A DNA stretch of 60,548 nt, filler included, from Asterionella formosa (taxonomy: Eukaryota): the NCBI GenBank assembly GCA_002256025.1. It is 11 parts of 11 records of this genome, joined end to end, with 100 filler letters (N's around TTAATTAATTAA, not from the genome) between each part and the next. Parts side by side here need not be neighbours in the genome. Positions count along the whole stretch, not along the records: positions 49,644 to 55,046 come from NKIB01013084.1; positions 55,147 to 60,548 come from NKIB01013085.1; 9 more parts are not named here. One strand, 5' to 3'. Made by a program: the position numbers and the translations under genes. This document shows, piece after piece, positions 50,025 through 60,548 of this stretch. Within the stretch, counting starts at the first letter, position 1. Each line of letters starts with the position of its first letter. Below the pieces are notes generated by a model. That model made no database searches. It was given only the letters and a program-made list of their open reading frames with translations, and had not been told where the DNA came from.

Positions 50025-53000
50025 TTGGCCAAATCTTTTGGTTATGTTTGGAATTCTGTTGTTACCAACCAAGTTTTATACACAAGTCAGCTCCAGAAGA
50101 AGTTTCATGGCAACTTTGTCATTATCACTGAAGAGAGGGAGAATTTGGAGAAGAAGTTCAAGCCCATAGCTATGGCTGTTGTGAAGCAAAAAGAGTTTCC
50201 AACTCCTATTGCTTGTATTCACTATCTGGTGACAAGTAATCAGTATTCAACCCATGATTTGCACAAGTATAAAGATCGTGACATGGGTCAATTGCTGATC
50301 CAAGCTGCTACTTGTCTTCGTATTGATGAGGAGGCCTGGAAATGTGCATAGTACCAAAGATGTCCTTCCCAACATCGACCAGTTTTTGTACAGGTGCTGG
50401 GCAATGCGGTTGAGTGGTATAAATCCTTGGGATTTGTACACTGCAATTCTATTCCTTGGATGGACAGGATCAATTATCCTCTTGAAAACCTTCTTCATGA
50501 TGAGAGGAACAAGAACAATGGCGATGTTGATTCATACAATTATGGACCTGATATGCCAGAACCAGCAAATTTCGAGACCTTTACTATCGTGCGTTTGCGA
50601 ACAAATATAGCTGAGAGTCTTCTTTCAGCCACTCATTATGATCTTCTTGATCATCAATTGGAAGAGCAAGCCTATGTGTACTCGATGTTTCTTCCAAAAG
50701 GGGGTTTCATCTACAAGCAACCAAAAGGGTTGTTTGTTTACTATATGTGCTGCATTCATATTCATTTATTCATTCACACATTTCTTTTTTTGCATTCATC
50801 GCCTGACAGAGGTGATGAATGTGAAGGCAGCTATCAGGTCAGAGTGTGCCCGCTTGGAAGCTCCTTCTTATGCGCTCAGAAAGCGTGCGAAGAGAGGCAC
50901 TATGATACAGAAGGCTGCTTTTATAGTTACAGCAGGATCAACACAGGACCAATCCCAAGTGTTGCAGAAGAGTGTTCCAAAGAAAGCTGCAAAGACAAGG
51001 ATGAAGGCTCCTCCAAGAACTGTTGCTGCGAAAGCTGTTGCACTCAAGCCTTCTGCCAAGGCTACTCCCAAGCATGATGCTACCAAAGCCGTCACATCCA
51101 AGGCAGGTGCTTACAAGGCTGCAAAGTCAACAGCCAGGAGCCGAGATGTTGCATCAATGCCTGTAACTAATCTTTACAAAGAATCTGAATCGGACTGCAA
51201 ACCAGCCGCAATTCCCAGCAAAAAAGTATCGAAACCAGACTCTAAACCAGCTGCCATAAACAGGAAAAAGTATCCAAACCGGATTCCAAATCAGCTGCCA
51301 CCTCCAGCAAAATGGTCTCTAAACCGGAGTCCCAACAAGTTGCTGTGCCAATAATCAAGAAACAATCGAAGGCTACTACCTGTCCGCCTTCTAGGTCTAT
51401 TTCCAAGAAATCACGAATTTCTTCCAAGGACAATGATGTGACTAGTCTGACAGATGATGATAGTAGTGATTCAAAGGCAACTGCCTCAAAGAATGACCTC
51501 CTCCATTGTGTCAATCCTGAACTACCTTCTTTTGTCAATTTCGACAAAAGTAACCAGAATGTGATCAAGCTGGAACTCATCCTGTCCCACCATGGGATAA
51601 GGTCGAAACAATCTGACCTAGCAGGAACTCTTCATTCACGCCGAGCAATCACCACCCAAAGGCTCAGCTCTGAAGGCAGTTTCAAGGGTGTCACTAACAC
51701 AGCAAATATTTCAAGATTGCTCTATCAGGCTGATGCAGCCTACCACCAATTTCGTCAGGAGTGCTTGCAGTATGCGGAACGAGTGTTGTCCCCATTGTCA
51801 AATGAAGATTAGACGAAAAATAATAGCAAGTCGCCTCTCACTGGGAACAAGGGTGTGGAAGAGAGTGCAAAGTGGAAGCACAGTTTTCAAGACCCTACTT
51901 TTGGTGTTTCCAACAGTTTTGACTCCAAGAGAATTGTTGATGTTCAGATCCTACCTTAACCACCTTTGACCAACATTAACAATGAGGGGCGTAAAAACAT
52001 CGAGCAAGAAACCTTGATTTCTTCCAAGGAAAAGAACATTGTAAAGGCCAAAGAAGCTGTGGTCCCAACTCCACCAGCTTTGCTTAACAATATTCCTAGT
52101 CCAGTCAAAAATCCTGTCCACTTGAGATTTGACCGGAGCACCAAGAATTATGATTCAAATACTCATGATTCAGTTCTTGAATCAGCAGCTCAATCAGAGA
52201 AAAATGCGCGTAAGGAAAACAATGGCAATACTACTGTGGTTTTTGTTCATTGACCACCTCCAGTATTAGACCCTGCCCTCAAACCTGTGCCCTTAACAAA
52301 GCACACCACCAAGGCTAATCCACAAGGCAAAGACGAAGAAGATATTTCCATCGCCTCAGAGGATGTCTCAGATGCTGGTCCTTCTTTGGAATTTCTCAAG
52401 TCTGTTGAAAAATCGAATATGAAGTTGCTTGGGGTCAACAGCAAGGATCATAAGCAGGTCAAGAAGGGTCCACATCTTACCCTCCAGCAAGATAGGAACC
52501 CAGATGATACTTTCGGTGAAATCTGGTCTATCATCAAGCTCGCACAGCATTCTATCTCCCTTCAGCAGGATCATTTCCAACCTGGTCTGAAACCTGTGCC
52601 TTCAACCAAGCATATCACCAGAGTGATTCCGCAAGGCAAAGACGACGAAGATAGTTCCATTGTCTCAGAGGATGTTCTTTCTTTGGAATTTCTTAAGTCT
52701 TTTGAGAAATCAAGTGTGAAGGAGGTGCCTGCGGTCGACAAGAAGGATAATGAGGTCATGAAGGGTAGACTTCTTATTCTCCAGAAGGATCATGTCAAAC
52801 CGGTACCCAAACCTGTGCCTCCAACAAAGCACACCAACAAGCTGAATTCACAAAGCCAAAACAAAGATAGTTCCTATGTCTCCGAGGATGGTCCTTCTTT
52901 GGAATTTCTCAAACCTGTTGAAAAATCTGTCAAAAAAATCCAACCTACTTTCCCACCTTTCTTTGCAAAGAATGAAGTTAATGTTGCTAAAAAAGAAAAA

Positions 53001-53270
53001 GGTAATAAGATTCCCAAAAAAGGCCTTCAAAAATATTCTATTCTCTCTGAGAATGTTTCCATCCCAGGAAAAGTTCTCATCCATGTCCCTGCCAATGGCG
53101 AGAATCTTTTACGTTCTCCATCTACAACCCCATCCTCCTCTGAAACCTCGTCTTCTGCTGTGTCCTCAACTAGTTGTGAAACCTCTACTGGTGGTGAAAA
53201 ATCGGATTCCAAGTTAGATGAGGAGGACAAGTCCAAAGTGATTGATTCTGACTATGAATCTGCATTGTGA
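50025..53270 (+). pseudogene. Decayed multi-domain gene: GNAT acetyltransferase-like domain, Lys/Ala-rich region and three internal repeats
   Basis: ACIHYLVTS..YKDRDMGQLLIQAA..*..VFVQVLGNAVEWYKSLGF in one frame. KKAAK/KATPK tract. Three KPVPxTKH..SEDxxSLEFLK repeats. Confidence 0.6.
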
Positions 53271-53406
53271 GTAAATGAGTGAATGTTTAGCATCTCCTAC
53301 TACCTTACTAATGAATCAGGAGATTAATGATTTCTATAAAAATTGATAATTATATGTTACCTTACTTCCCTTGTTTGTTGGTTTTGTAGTAATATTAATC
53401 GTTTTC
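53173..53406 (+). repeat. Direct duplication of ORF 3' end and UTR; second copy at 54209-54436
   Basis: gttgtgaaacctctactggtggtgaaaaatcggattccaag...aatattaat is near-identical in both copies. Confidence 0.95.
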
Positions 53407-54511
53407 AATAATGGTAGACAAACAGTATTTGTAAGTTACAAAGAGCAGTGTTGGAGCCCATTTATTGATCGATACTTTGCTTCTCATTCAATCTTCGACT
53501 GACACATTCTTCTCCAAAAATATGCATCATTTACTTCCTCAATTTGTGGTAAGTGAAGCAAGATAGAAGCGAAATGAATGTTGTTGTGTAAGCAAAACAT
53601 GAACAGCTAACAATGAATTTTTTCTCTTTGTTAGTATGGCTGATTGGAACAACGAAACGGATTCAATAGTAATAGGAAAATGCGTGAATGCAAACTCAGA
53701 ACAACACTCAGGAGTAAATGGAACAAAGCAAGCAGGGGAACAACGGCAAGGCAACCAGTTTAACAACCTTCAGAATTGGATTGGGGGGAAGGTGGAAGTG
53801 AAAGCGGCACCAACAATCATTGCGATGAGAGCATTGTAGAACATTCTGTAGCAACTCAAGATATAGAAACATAGAACCATTCTTAGCTAAATATAGTTCT
53901 AAATTTCGATCAATTTTATCCTATTTTAGACAGTGATATCGATGAGAATTACGATCATGCTAAGATAGATGTATGACAAAAATATACACATCATATGACC
54001 ATGTTTAATTAATTATATGATGCAATGGTATTATAGCTATGATAGTCTCATCATACTTCAAGCTCGGTAAAAGTTTACTGTATGATCATAATTATATGAT
54101 ACATTGATCATATATTTGATCGAAAAACTATCATATATGTGAAAATCCTGTGCCACTTAGCGTACGATACCCTTAATCATATTTTCATGATTTTTTTATT
54201 TACAGACGGTTGTGAAACCTCTACTGGTGGTGAAAAATCGGATTCCAAGTTAGATGAGGAGGACCAGTCCAAAGTGATTGATTCTGACTATGAATCTGCA
54301 TTGTGAGTAAATGAGTGAATGTTTAGCATCTCCTACTACCTTACTAGTCAATCAAGGAGAATAATGATTTCAATAAAAATTGATAATTCTATGTTACTTC
54401 CCCTGTTTCTTGGTTTTGTACTAATATTAATTGTTTCCACATCTTTATCTACCAATTTTTTCTAAACATTTCTTTCATCAGTTGCTTTATGCAATCGTAA
54501 AATCCAGCAAA

Positions 54512-55046
54512 TCAAAAGTGGAATAGGGATGCCCAGGCAGACTGCGGCTTGATTTTAATCACCTTACCTGGAGTGGCTCCTAAATTAGGAGCAGCAACAG
54601 CAGGAGAATGAATGAAATCCACGGGAACAAACAAAAGTCCTTTGTTTACATATCGATCCAATGTGAGATCAGCCCCTAACAGCAACCTTGAGTAGTTGTG
54701 CAAAGGTTCTGAGGCATATTTACAAGAGTGAATAATTGCAAAGACACCGGGGCTATGATTTCTCAAGGATGATGGTAATCTTGGATCAGTGAAATTGATC
54801 AAAGACGGACCCAATCCCAATCCAATAAAACCGTAGATCTGGCCAAGCACAATTGTCTCAACTTCTGTTTCTCCATCAAACCAGCAAGCAAACTCTGCCC
54901 AATCATACCAGGAATGACCCCCACGGTAGCTTGGATGGGCATGAAATATTACGTTGTCACTACGAGTGTGGTCGCACATCACTTCAATTTCCATTGTTGA
55001 CAAAATGAAAGGAAGGAGTTGGGCGCCTAGAACTCGCACCAGATCT
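54512..55046 (-). mobile_element. C-terminal part of a Plavaka-like (CACTA-related) transposase
   Basis: IFHAHPSYRGGHSWYDWA...LGQIYGFI...FVPVDFIHSPAVAAPN. Truncated by contig end. Confidence 0.72.
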
Positions 55047-55302
55047 NNNNNNNNNNNNNNNNNNNNNNNNNNNNNNNNNNNNNNNNNNNNTTAATTAATT
55101 AANNNNNNNNNNNNNNNNNNNNNNNNNNNNNNNNNNNNNNNNNNNNTTCCCTAATGAAGACACAAGGGATTCTCGTAATGAGGACGCTCAGCAACAGCGC
55201 CGATGACCCTCAGTCCAGTTGGGTATGTTGATGTGTCAGATCGCTCGGGTGTGGCATTTTTGATAGCAAAATAACATCAAGCATTGTGGCAGTGAGAACA
55301 AG

Positions 55303-55941
55303 ATGATTGGAGATTTCATTGGTGATGAGTCTTCGCATAAGATCATTAAGCAGGTGCTTGAAGATACCAATAATGACTACGGCAGCGATGTCGAGATTGG
55401 TGGTGCTACTGTACAACTGAAAGATCCCAATGGTACAGTTGTCATGCCAACCATGACTGACTGCAATGGTAACTTTACGTTGAATGCTTCTCCAGGCATG
55501 TACCGGTACACAATTGTCAAACAGAAACCTCCTGGATTCCTCAATGTTGGCAACAGCACAATTTCTGTAAATACAAGTTCTGCAAATGTTTTGAACATTT
55601 TTTTCGATGACCAGCACCCCATCAGCGCTCCAAGTGTGAGTGGCTGCCTCTACAGGTACTTTTTGCTTGGATCAATTTCCAGAAGTGTCAAGGAAGATAC
55701 CGACAACAATGATAGTGAAGACACTAACTTGGTGGGTGTGACTGTTGCTCTACAGGGTCCAAGTGGTAACAGCCCTATTCTACATGCTACTGTTACTAAC
55801 TTTAATGGTGACTTTGTGTTTGTGAATTTGCCCAATGGCAATTATTTTGTTAAGAAGATCATCATCCCAGCATTAGCACCACTGCATCTTCCTTGTGACC
55901 CAACATGGAGCACTTCAATGAATTCATCACCTTCATTTTAA
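55303..55941 (+). pseudogene. SdrD B-like / Cna-B repeat protein fragment
   Basis: Two repeats of (V)xEDTxNxxxxD..I/LxGxTVxL..P.G...T.TxxNGxF.F....GxY. Confidence 0.7.
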
Positions 55942-57329
55942 GCTGTTTGTAATCCTCTGATTCCTCTGTATATCTCAATGCTGTCTGTAGTGAAGCTTAA
56001 TATTTATTTCAAGCAAGTTTACCAGACTTTCCGTTGCATCTTATCTTGACATTCATATCATAGCAGAAAAATTAAAGCAACTTGTTTGTTTTTATAGATA
56101 TCTGATGATAGCTACCAAATGCTACTATAAGCTACATGTCAGGCTACATAGTACTGTACGAGGAGTCAGATTTGATATTGCGGAGACGAAACCGATACAT
56201 ACAGGCGTTTCCTCTTATACCGGTATTCTAGACTCTACACTCTACACTATATACTCATACCGGTATATCTATTATTACATCAAATCTCATGAAATCCATA
56301 TCAAAGCTGAATTTACTGCCGGTACCCTGGTACCAGGTACCACCTAAAAACTGAGAGTCATATAAAGTTTACCCCATGTTTTGACTCAAACTATTTTAGT
56401 CAAATTTCATGGTGACAACAAATCAAGCACGTAGCTAAATGTAGAACAGGCTCTCCGCTTTAAAACGTGAAAAATGGAAATGATCTCCAATGGTCAATCC
56501 ATTCCTCTCTTCCTGTAGGGTGATACTGATTCCACAGTTAAATAGTGCACACGTAATCCCAGAATTGACGTGGTGGTATGCAAACATACGTATTCCTTTT
56601 TCTCAAATTCTCAAGATCGGAACATATCCAGCTGTTCTGATCTTCCTATATACATAGTAAACCCCTAGCGGTAATAATTTTTATTAACAGAACGAGTCTG
56701 TTATTTTTTTATCTACCAGTAGTTCGACTACCGGTAACCTACCAGCCAGTACCTGGTACCTGGTACCAGGTACCCTAGGTAAAATTTGGTGGATCGACGT
56801 GACGTGATTGATGTTAGAGATGCATCTGATGCTAACGGTACCATAGTACAGTACGATACCCAGTAACAGTACCAGTACCAGGGGACCACAGTTTGAACCA
56901 GCTTATTACAAAGCCTCAAGCATGTGTATTGAGGTGGGTAGGCGCAGGTACGAAACTACAGTCTACCAGGACCACTATTGGAACCAGCATACCGGTATAC
57001 AGAATCGTGCATGCCAATTGAGACGGGCAGGCGCAGGTCCAAACACTTGTCTTTGCATTGTTTGAACAAAATTCCGTTCCCTCATGTTTTTCCACCTGGA
57101 ACCTTTTATCAGGATCCCCTTCCGGCATATCACAGATGTAAAAATGATACCAATATGCATATGTGAAGATATTAGCAACTACTAGCTGAGGAACCCCCAA
57201 TGTGGAGCAACTTTTAATGTCCATGTGGAATTATTCTTATGATTATTATATTCATGGAGATATCCGGTACCTGTTACCAGATCTCTGGTACATTGAACTA
57301 CCGGCAAACCTATCCGCTTTAAAGCATGG

Positions 57330-57735
57330 TGTTGAAATGGTCCGTACTACTTCCCGCGGGCTGGGCCTCTCTTAACGTAGACTCTTACATGATCGTAGTA
57401 CTACCTAGTACCACTTACTTTCTCTCGTGTCTCTGCTTCTAGCCTTCCTGCTAGATAGACTAATTGACCTTCCTGTCAATTAACACACTGTTTCCTCGGT
57501 TAATAATCTAAAACACAAATTAAATTATAAGCTAAACTAAATGTTTCCTTTCCATGCATCTTTGCTTCCTGCAAAGTCGTTCTAAGACTCTCTTCGAGTT
57601 TCCACTTAACATTTCCATAGAAATCTTCAATCTTCGATCTCGTTAGACAGCTGATTGATGTGGCAATGCAATATTTAACTCGTTCGATTACAATCGAGTC
57701 CACAATCCTTGTGACTCGGGCTAATATTCTTGACA
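57330..57735 (-). repeat. 3' LTR of the Copia element
   Basis: Starts TGTCAA immediately after the PPT and ends TTCAACA; 406 bp. Confidence 0.75.
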
Positions 57736-60548
57736 TCCTCCCCATTGCCACGCTCAAGAGGCTGTAACATCGTTCCACTCTGAACTGGTTCGGACCATCT
57801 TGTATGAATCTGTTCCTTCACGTTCTTGGTCATAATGTCCGCAAAATTATCTTCCGACCTTATAAAAATGACTTCCAATTCTTCATCCTCAATCATGACC
57901 TTTACATGATGATACTTAATATCAATATGTTTTATCCTGGTTCCGATTTGCTAATTCTTCGCGATCAAAAGAGCTCTTGTATTGTCTTCTCGTAGGATAC
58001 TTGGTAACATGACCTTACCACCAGTAACCTCATTCAGTAGCATTGCTATGAACTTGATCTCTTGTCCACACTGGGACATCGCCACATACTCGGCTTCTGT
58101 GCTGGACAGTGTAACCGTTTGTTGTCCCCTCGACTGCCAACTGATAAGTGCCCTGCCAATAGTAACAAGATAGCCAGTCGTGCTCTTCCTGTTAACCTTA
58201 TTAGCAGCCCAGTCACTGTCCACGTAGGCAATGACTCTTAACTCTTTTGGCTTACGCAACTTGAGAACTCTATCCTCCATATTGGATAGGTAACCAATGA
58301 CTCTTGCCACTGCATGCCATTGTTCTTCACCTGGGCAGCTTAAATGATCCGATAGTTCCCGAACCGCATTCTCACAGTCCGGCGAATCCTTCTTTGTAGA
58401 CCATAGTAACTTGCCCACAATTTTTCGATATTCTCCTTCCATAATGACTTCACCGTCATTCTTGTTCAATGTCTTTCCTGGTACGCCCGGCGTTGCGTAG
58501 GACTTAATTTTCATACCGGTCAACTTGTAGTAGTTGCATACGAAATTTCTGCATCTGCACCTCCCAGTATTCACCATACTTGTCCTCTTTCCAAGCATAT
58601 TCCACTCCTAGGTGTATCTGTAGAATACCCTGCTTGGTAATATTGAAATCTTCCTTGATAACATTTTTCATATAGTCCACTGCACTTGGAGTCCCACATA
58701 CAATACCGTCATCCATGTAATTAACAAGTAGACCATCAATTTATCCATCCTTTTTCGGTGCATAAATAACATAGGGTCGATCTTGCTCTTTGTCATACCT
58801 GGTTTATTGGTGACACATTTCGCAAACATCCTGGACCAGCATCATGGAGCTTGTACTATCTCGTACATAGCCTTCACAAGCTTGCAAACATGTGTATTGG
58901 AATCGACTCCGATCAAACCTTGAGGAGGGGGCTCAATATAAATGTCCTCATCGACGTCAGCATTTAGAAATGCTGCTTCCACATCAATAGCCTCCGCTCG
59001 CCAACCGTTGTACATCGTCACTGCGATTGTCGCATCGCTTGCAACAGGAGCAAATGTCTCAGTAAAATCGACACCTGGGATTTGCTCATATCCCTTCACG
59101 ACCAATCTTGCCTTGTTGTAAATGGTCTTCCCGGTTAACACATCATCTTCTTTAATTCGAAACACCCATCTCGTTTTTAGTGTTCGCTTCTTAACAGTAT
59201 CACGTTTGACAACTTTCCACACTCCTCTCGACTGGAAGTTTTCATAATCTTTGTTGATCGCCTTGATCCAATCTTTCTTGTCTGGTCTTGCCATTGCTTC
59301 ATCGTAGCTTGCTGGTAATCCTGGATCAGAAGCCAGACTTGCGTTGTACACAAAATTCACCTGTGTATTCTTCGTAATTTCCTTCATGTTATCCTCCTCG
59401 ATAACACCGGCCGTGCATCTCAGTATCTCCTGAAATTTTCATAATTTTCCTACTCGTAGGATTGAACAATGAGTCCAATCTTCGCATTTCACGTGCCAAC
59501 TTCGCTTGCTTTGACTGAGCACTTTCCGCACGTTTAGCCTTCACAATTGGGGTATTGGTACTACCTGTAACCTCGTATTTTGTAGTACCATCTATCTTAG
59601 TTGATTGTTCAGTGTTCCTCCCCAATTCTTGCTTGTCATCATCTTCATCTTCATTATCGGACACTTCTCGAGGTTCGACCTCGTCATAAAAATCGTCATG
59701 TAACTCTGCATTATCTTCTCGTACTGATATCTCCGTATCCTGTTGGTTGGTGACTGGTTTGAACATTTTTTCTAGTCCATCCGTTGGTACGTTTGTTCCA
59801 TGCCACTCACTCCACTTTATGTCACGTGTATTGACCACAGTATTTGTCTCGTGATTATGCATGCGATACGTATCTTGAGAGTGGTCATCTGAGTATCCCA
59901 AAAAGACACACTTGATGGAACGTGCATCTAATTTCTTGACACCTTCTCTTATAGTAACCCAACCAACACGTCCAAATTGCCTGTAGAGCTTGTAGGGCCG
60001 CCTTGTATTCGTTTCTCCATAGAACGCATCATCAGGACTCTTCTTAGTCACTGAATTCACTGTACTGTTCGTCAATCTTGTCGCAGTATGTACAGCTTCT
60101 GCCCACAATGGCCCCTGATATTCATCTGTAAACTTTGCACTTAGCATCATAGCGAGTGCTCTCTCACGCACTGTAACAAAACCACGTTCCACAACGCCGT
60201 TGTGCTGCGGAGTATGAGGTGCCGTAAATTCCATCTTGACACCTTGGTTTTCACATACTTTCTTTAGTTGCTTGGAGTTCTCACCTGCGTCATCACATCG
60301 GACAAATTTAGTCTTATGTCCTGCACCTGCAAGTTTTGTGAGTAACGCTCCAATGACAGTTCCGATGTCACTTTTCTTCTTGATAAAATAACTCCAGCGT
60401 TTCCTTGTATAATCGTCCACAGCCATCACCCAATACTGATTTCCCACAGCGGATTTTGCGTAGGGTCCGCTAATATCAATAAACAGTCTTTCTCCTGGTG
60501 TCGTAGCCTTCTCTTGCGTCATCTTGGGTATTGCGCGTGCTTTCTCCT
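57330..60548 (-). mobile_element. Ty1/Copia LTR retrotransposon (diatom CoDi-like), degenerate, 5' part beyond window
   Basis: Order IN-RT-RH. FIDISGP, RCDDAGEN, PQHNGVVER; KARLVVKGYEQIPGVDF, DVEAAFLNA, YMDD; YVDSDWA, SSTEAEYVA. PPT ATGGGGAGGA. Confidence 0.95.

Overview
Eukaryotic nuclear DNA, most likely from a diatom: short GT-AG introns, a bipartite plastid presequence, a diatom-type tandem-SET protein and diatom-like Copia/Gypsy elements. The window is not one locus. It is 11 unrelated, roughly size-sorted ~5.4-kb contigs joined by 100-nt linkers (44N-TTAATTAATTAA-44N), so adjacency across linkers carries no meaning. Intact genes are a CDPK, mitochondrial SHMT, panB, eIF5A, ACADSB, proteasome alpha PSMA1, a tandem-SET protein, UMP-CMP kinase and a SUMF2-like non-catalytic FGE. 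A fasciclin and a plastid-targeted FABP/calycin-like gene are truncated by assembly breaks. About half the window is decayed mobile DNA: Gypsy, Copia, PIF/Harbinger, a Plavaka-like transposase and MITEs. The most interesting signals are (i) a Plavaka-like element with a convergent GNAT acetyltransferase plus histone-H1-like cargo gene, (ii) strongly over-represented TA-CCGG-TA and related micro-palindromes that behave like transposon excision footprints, alongside a TA-flanked CC(A/T)GCAAGTTGCGG MITE family, (iii) a SUMF2/pFGE-type paralogue in a non-animal, (iv) the plastid FABP-like protein and (v) a candidate snoRNA in the eIF5A intron. All family calls come from motif recognition by eye; no searches were run.
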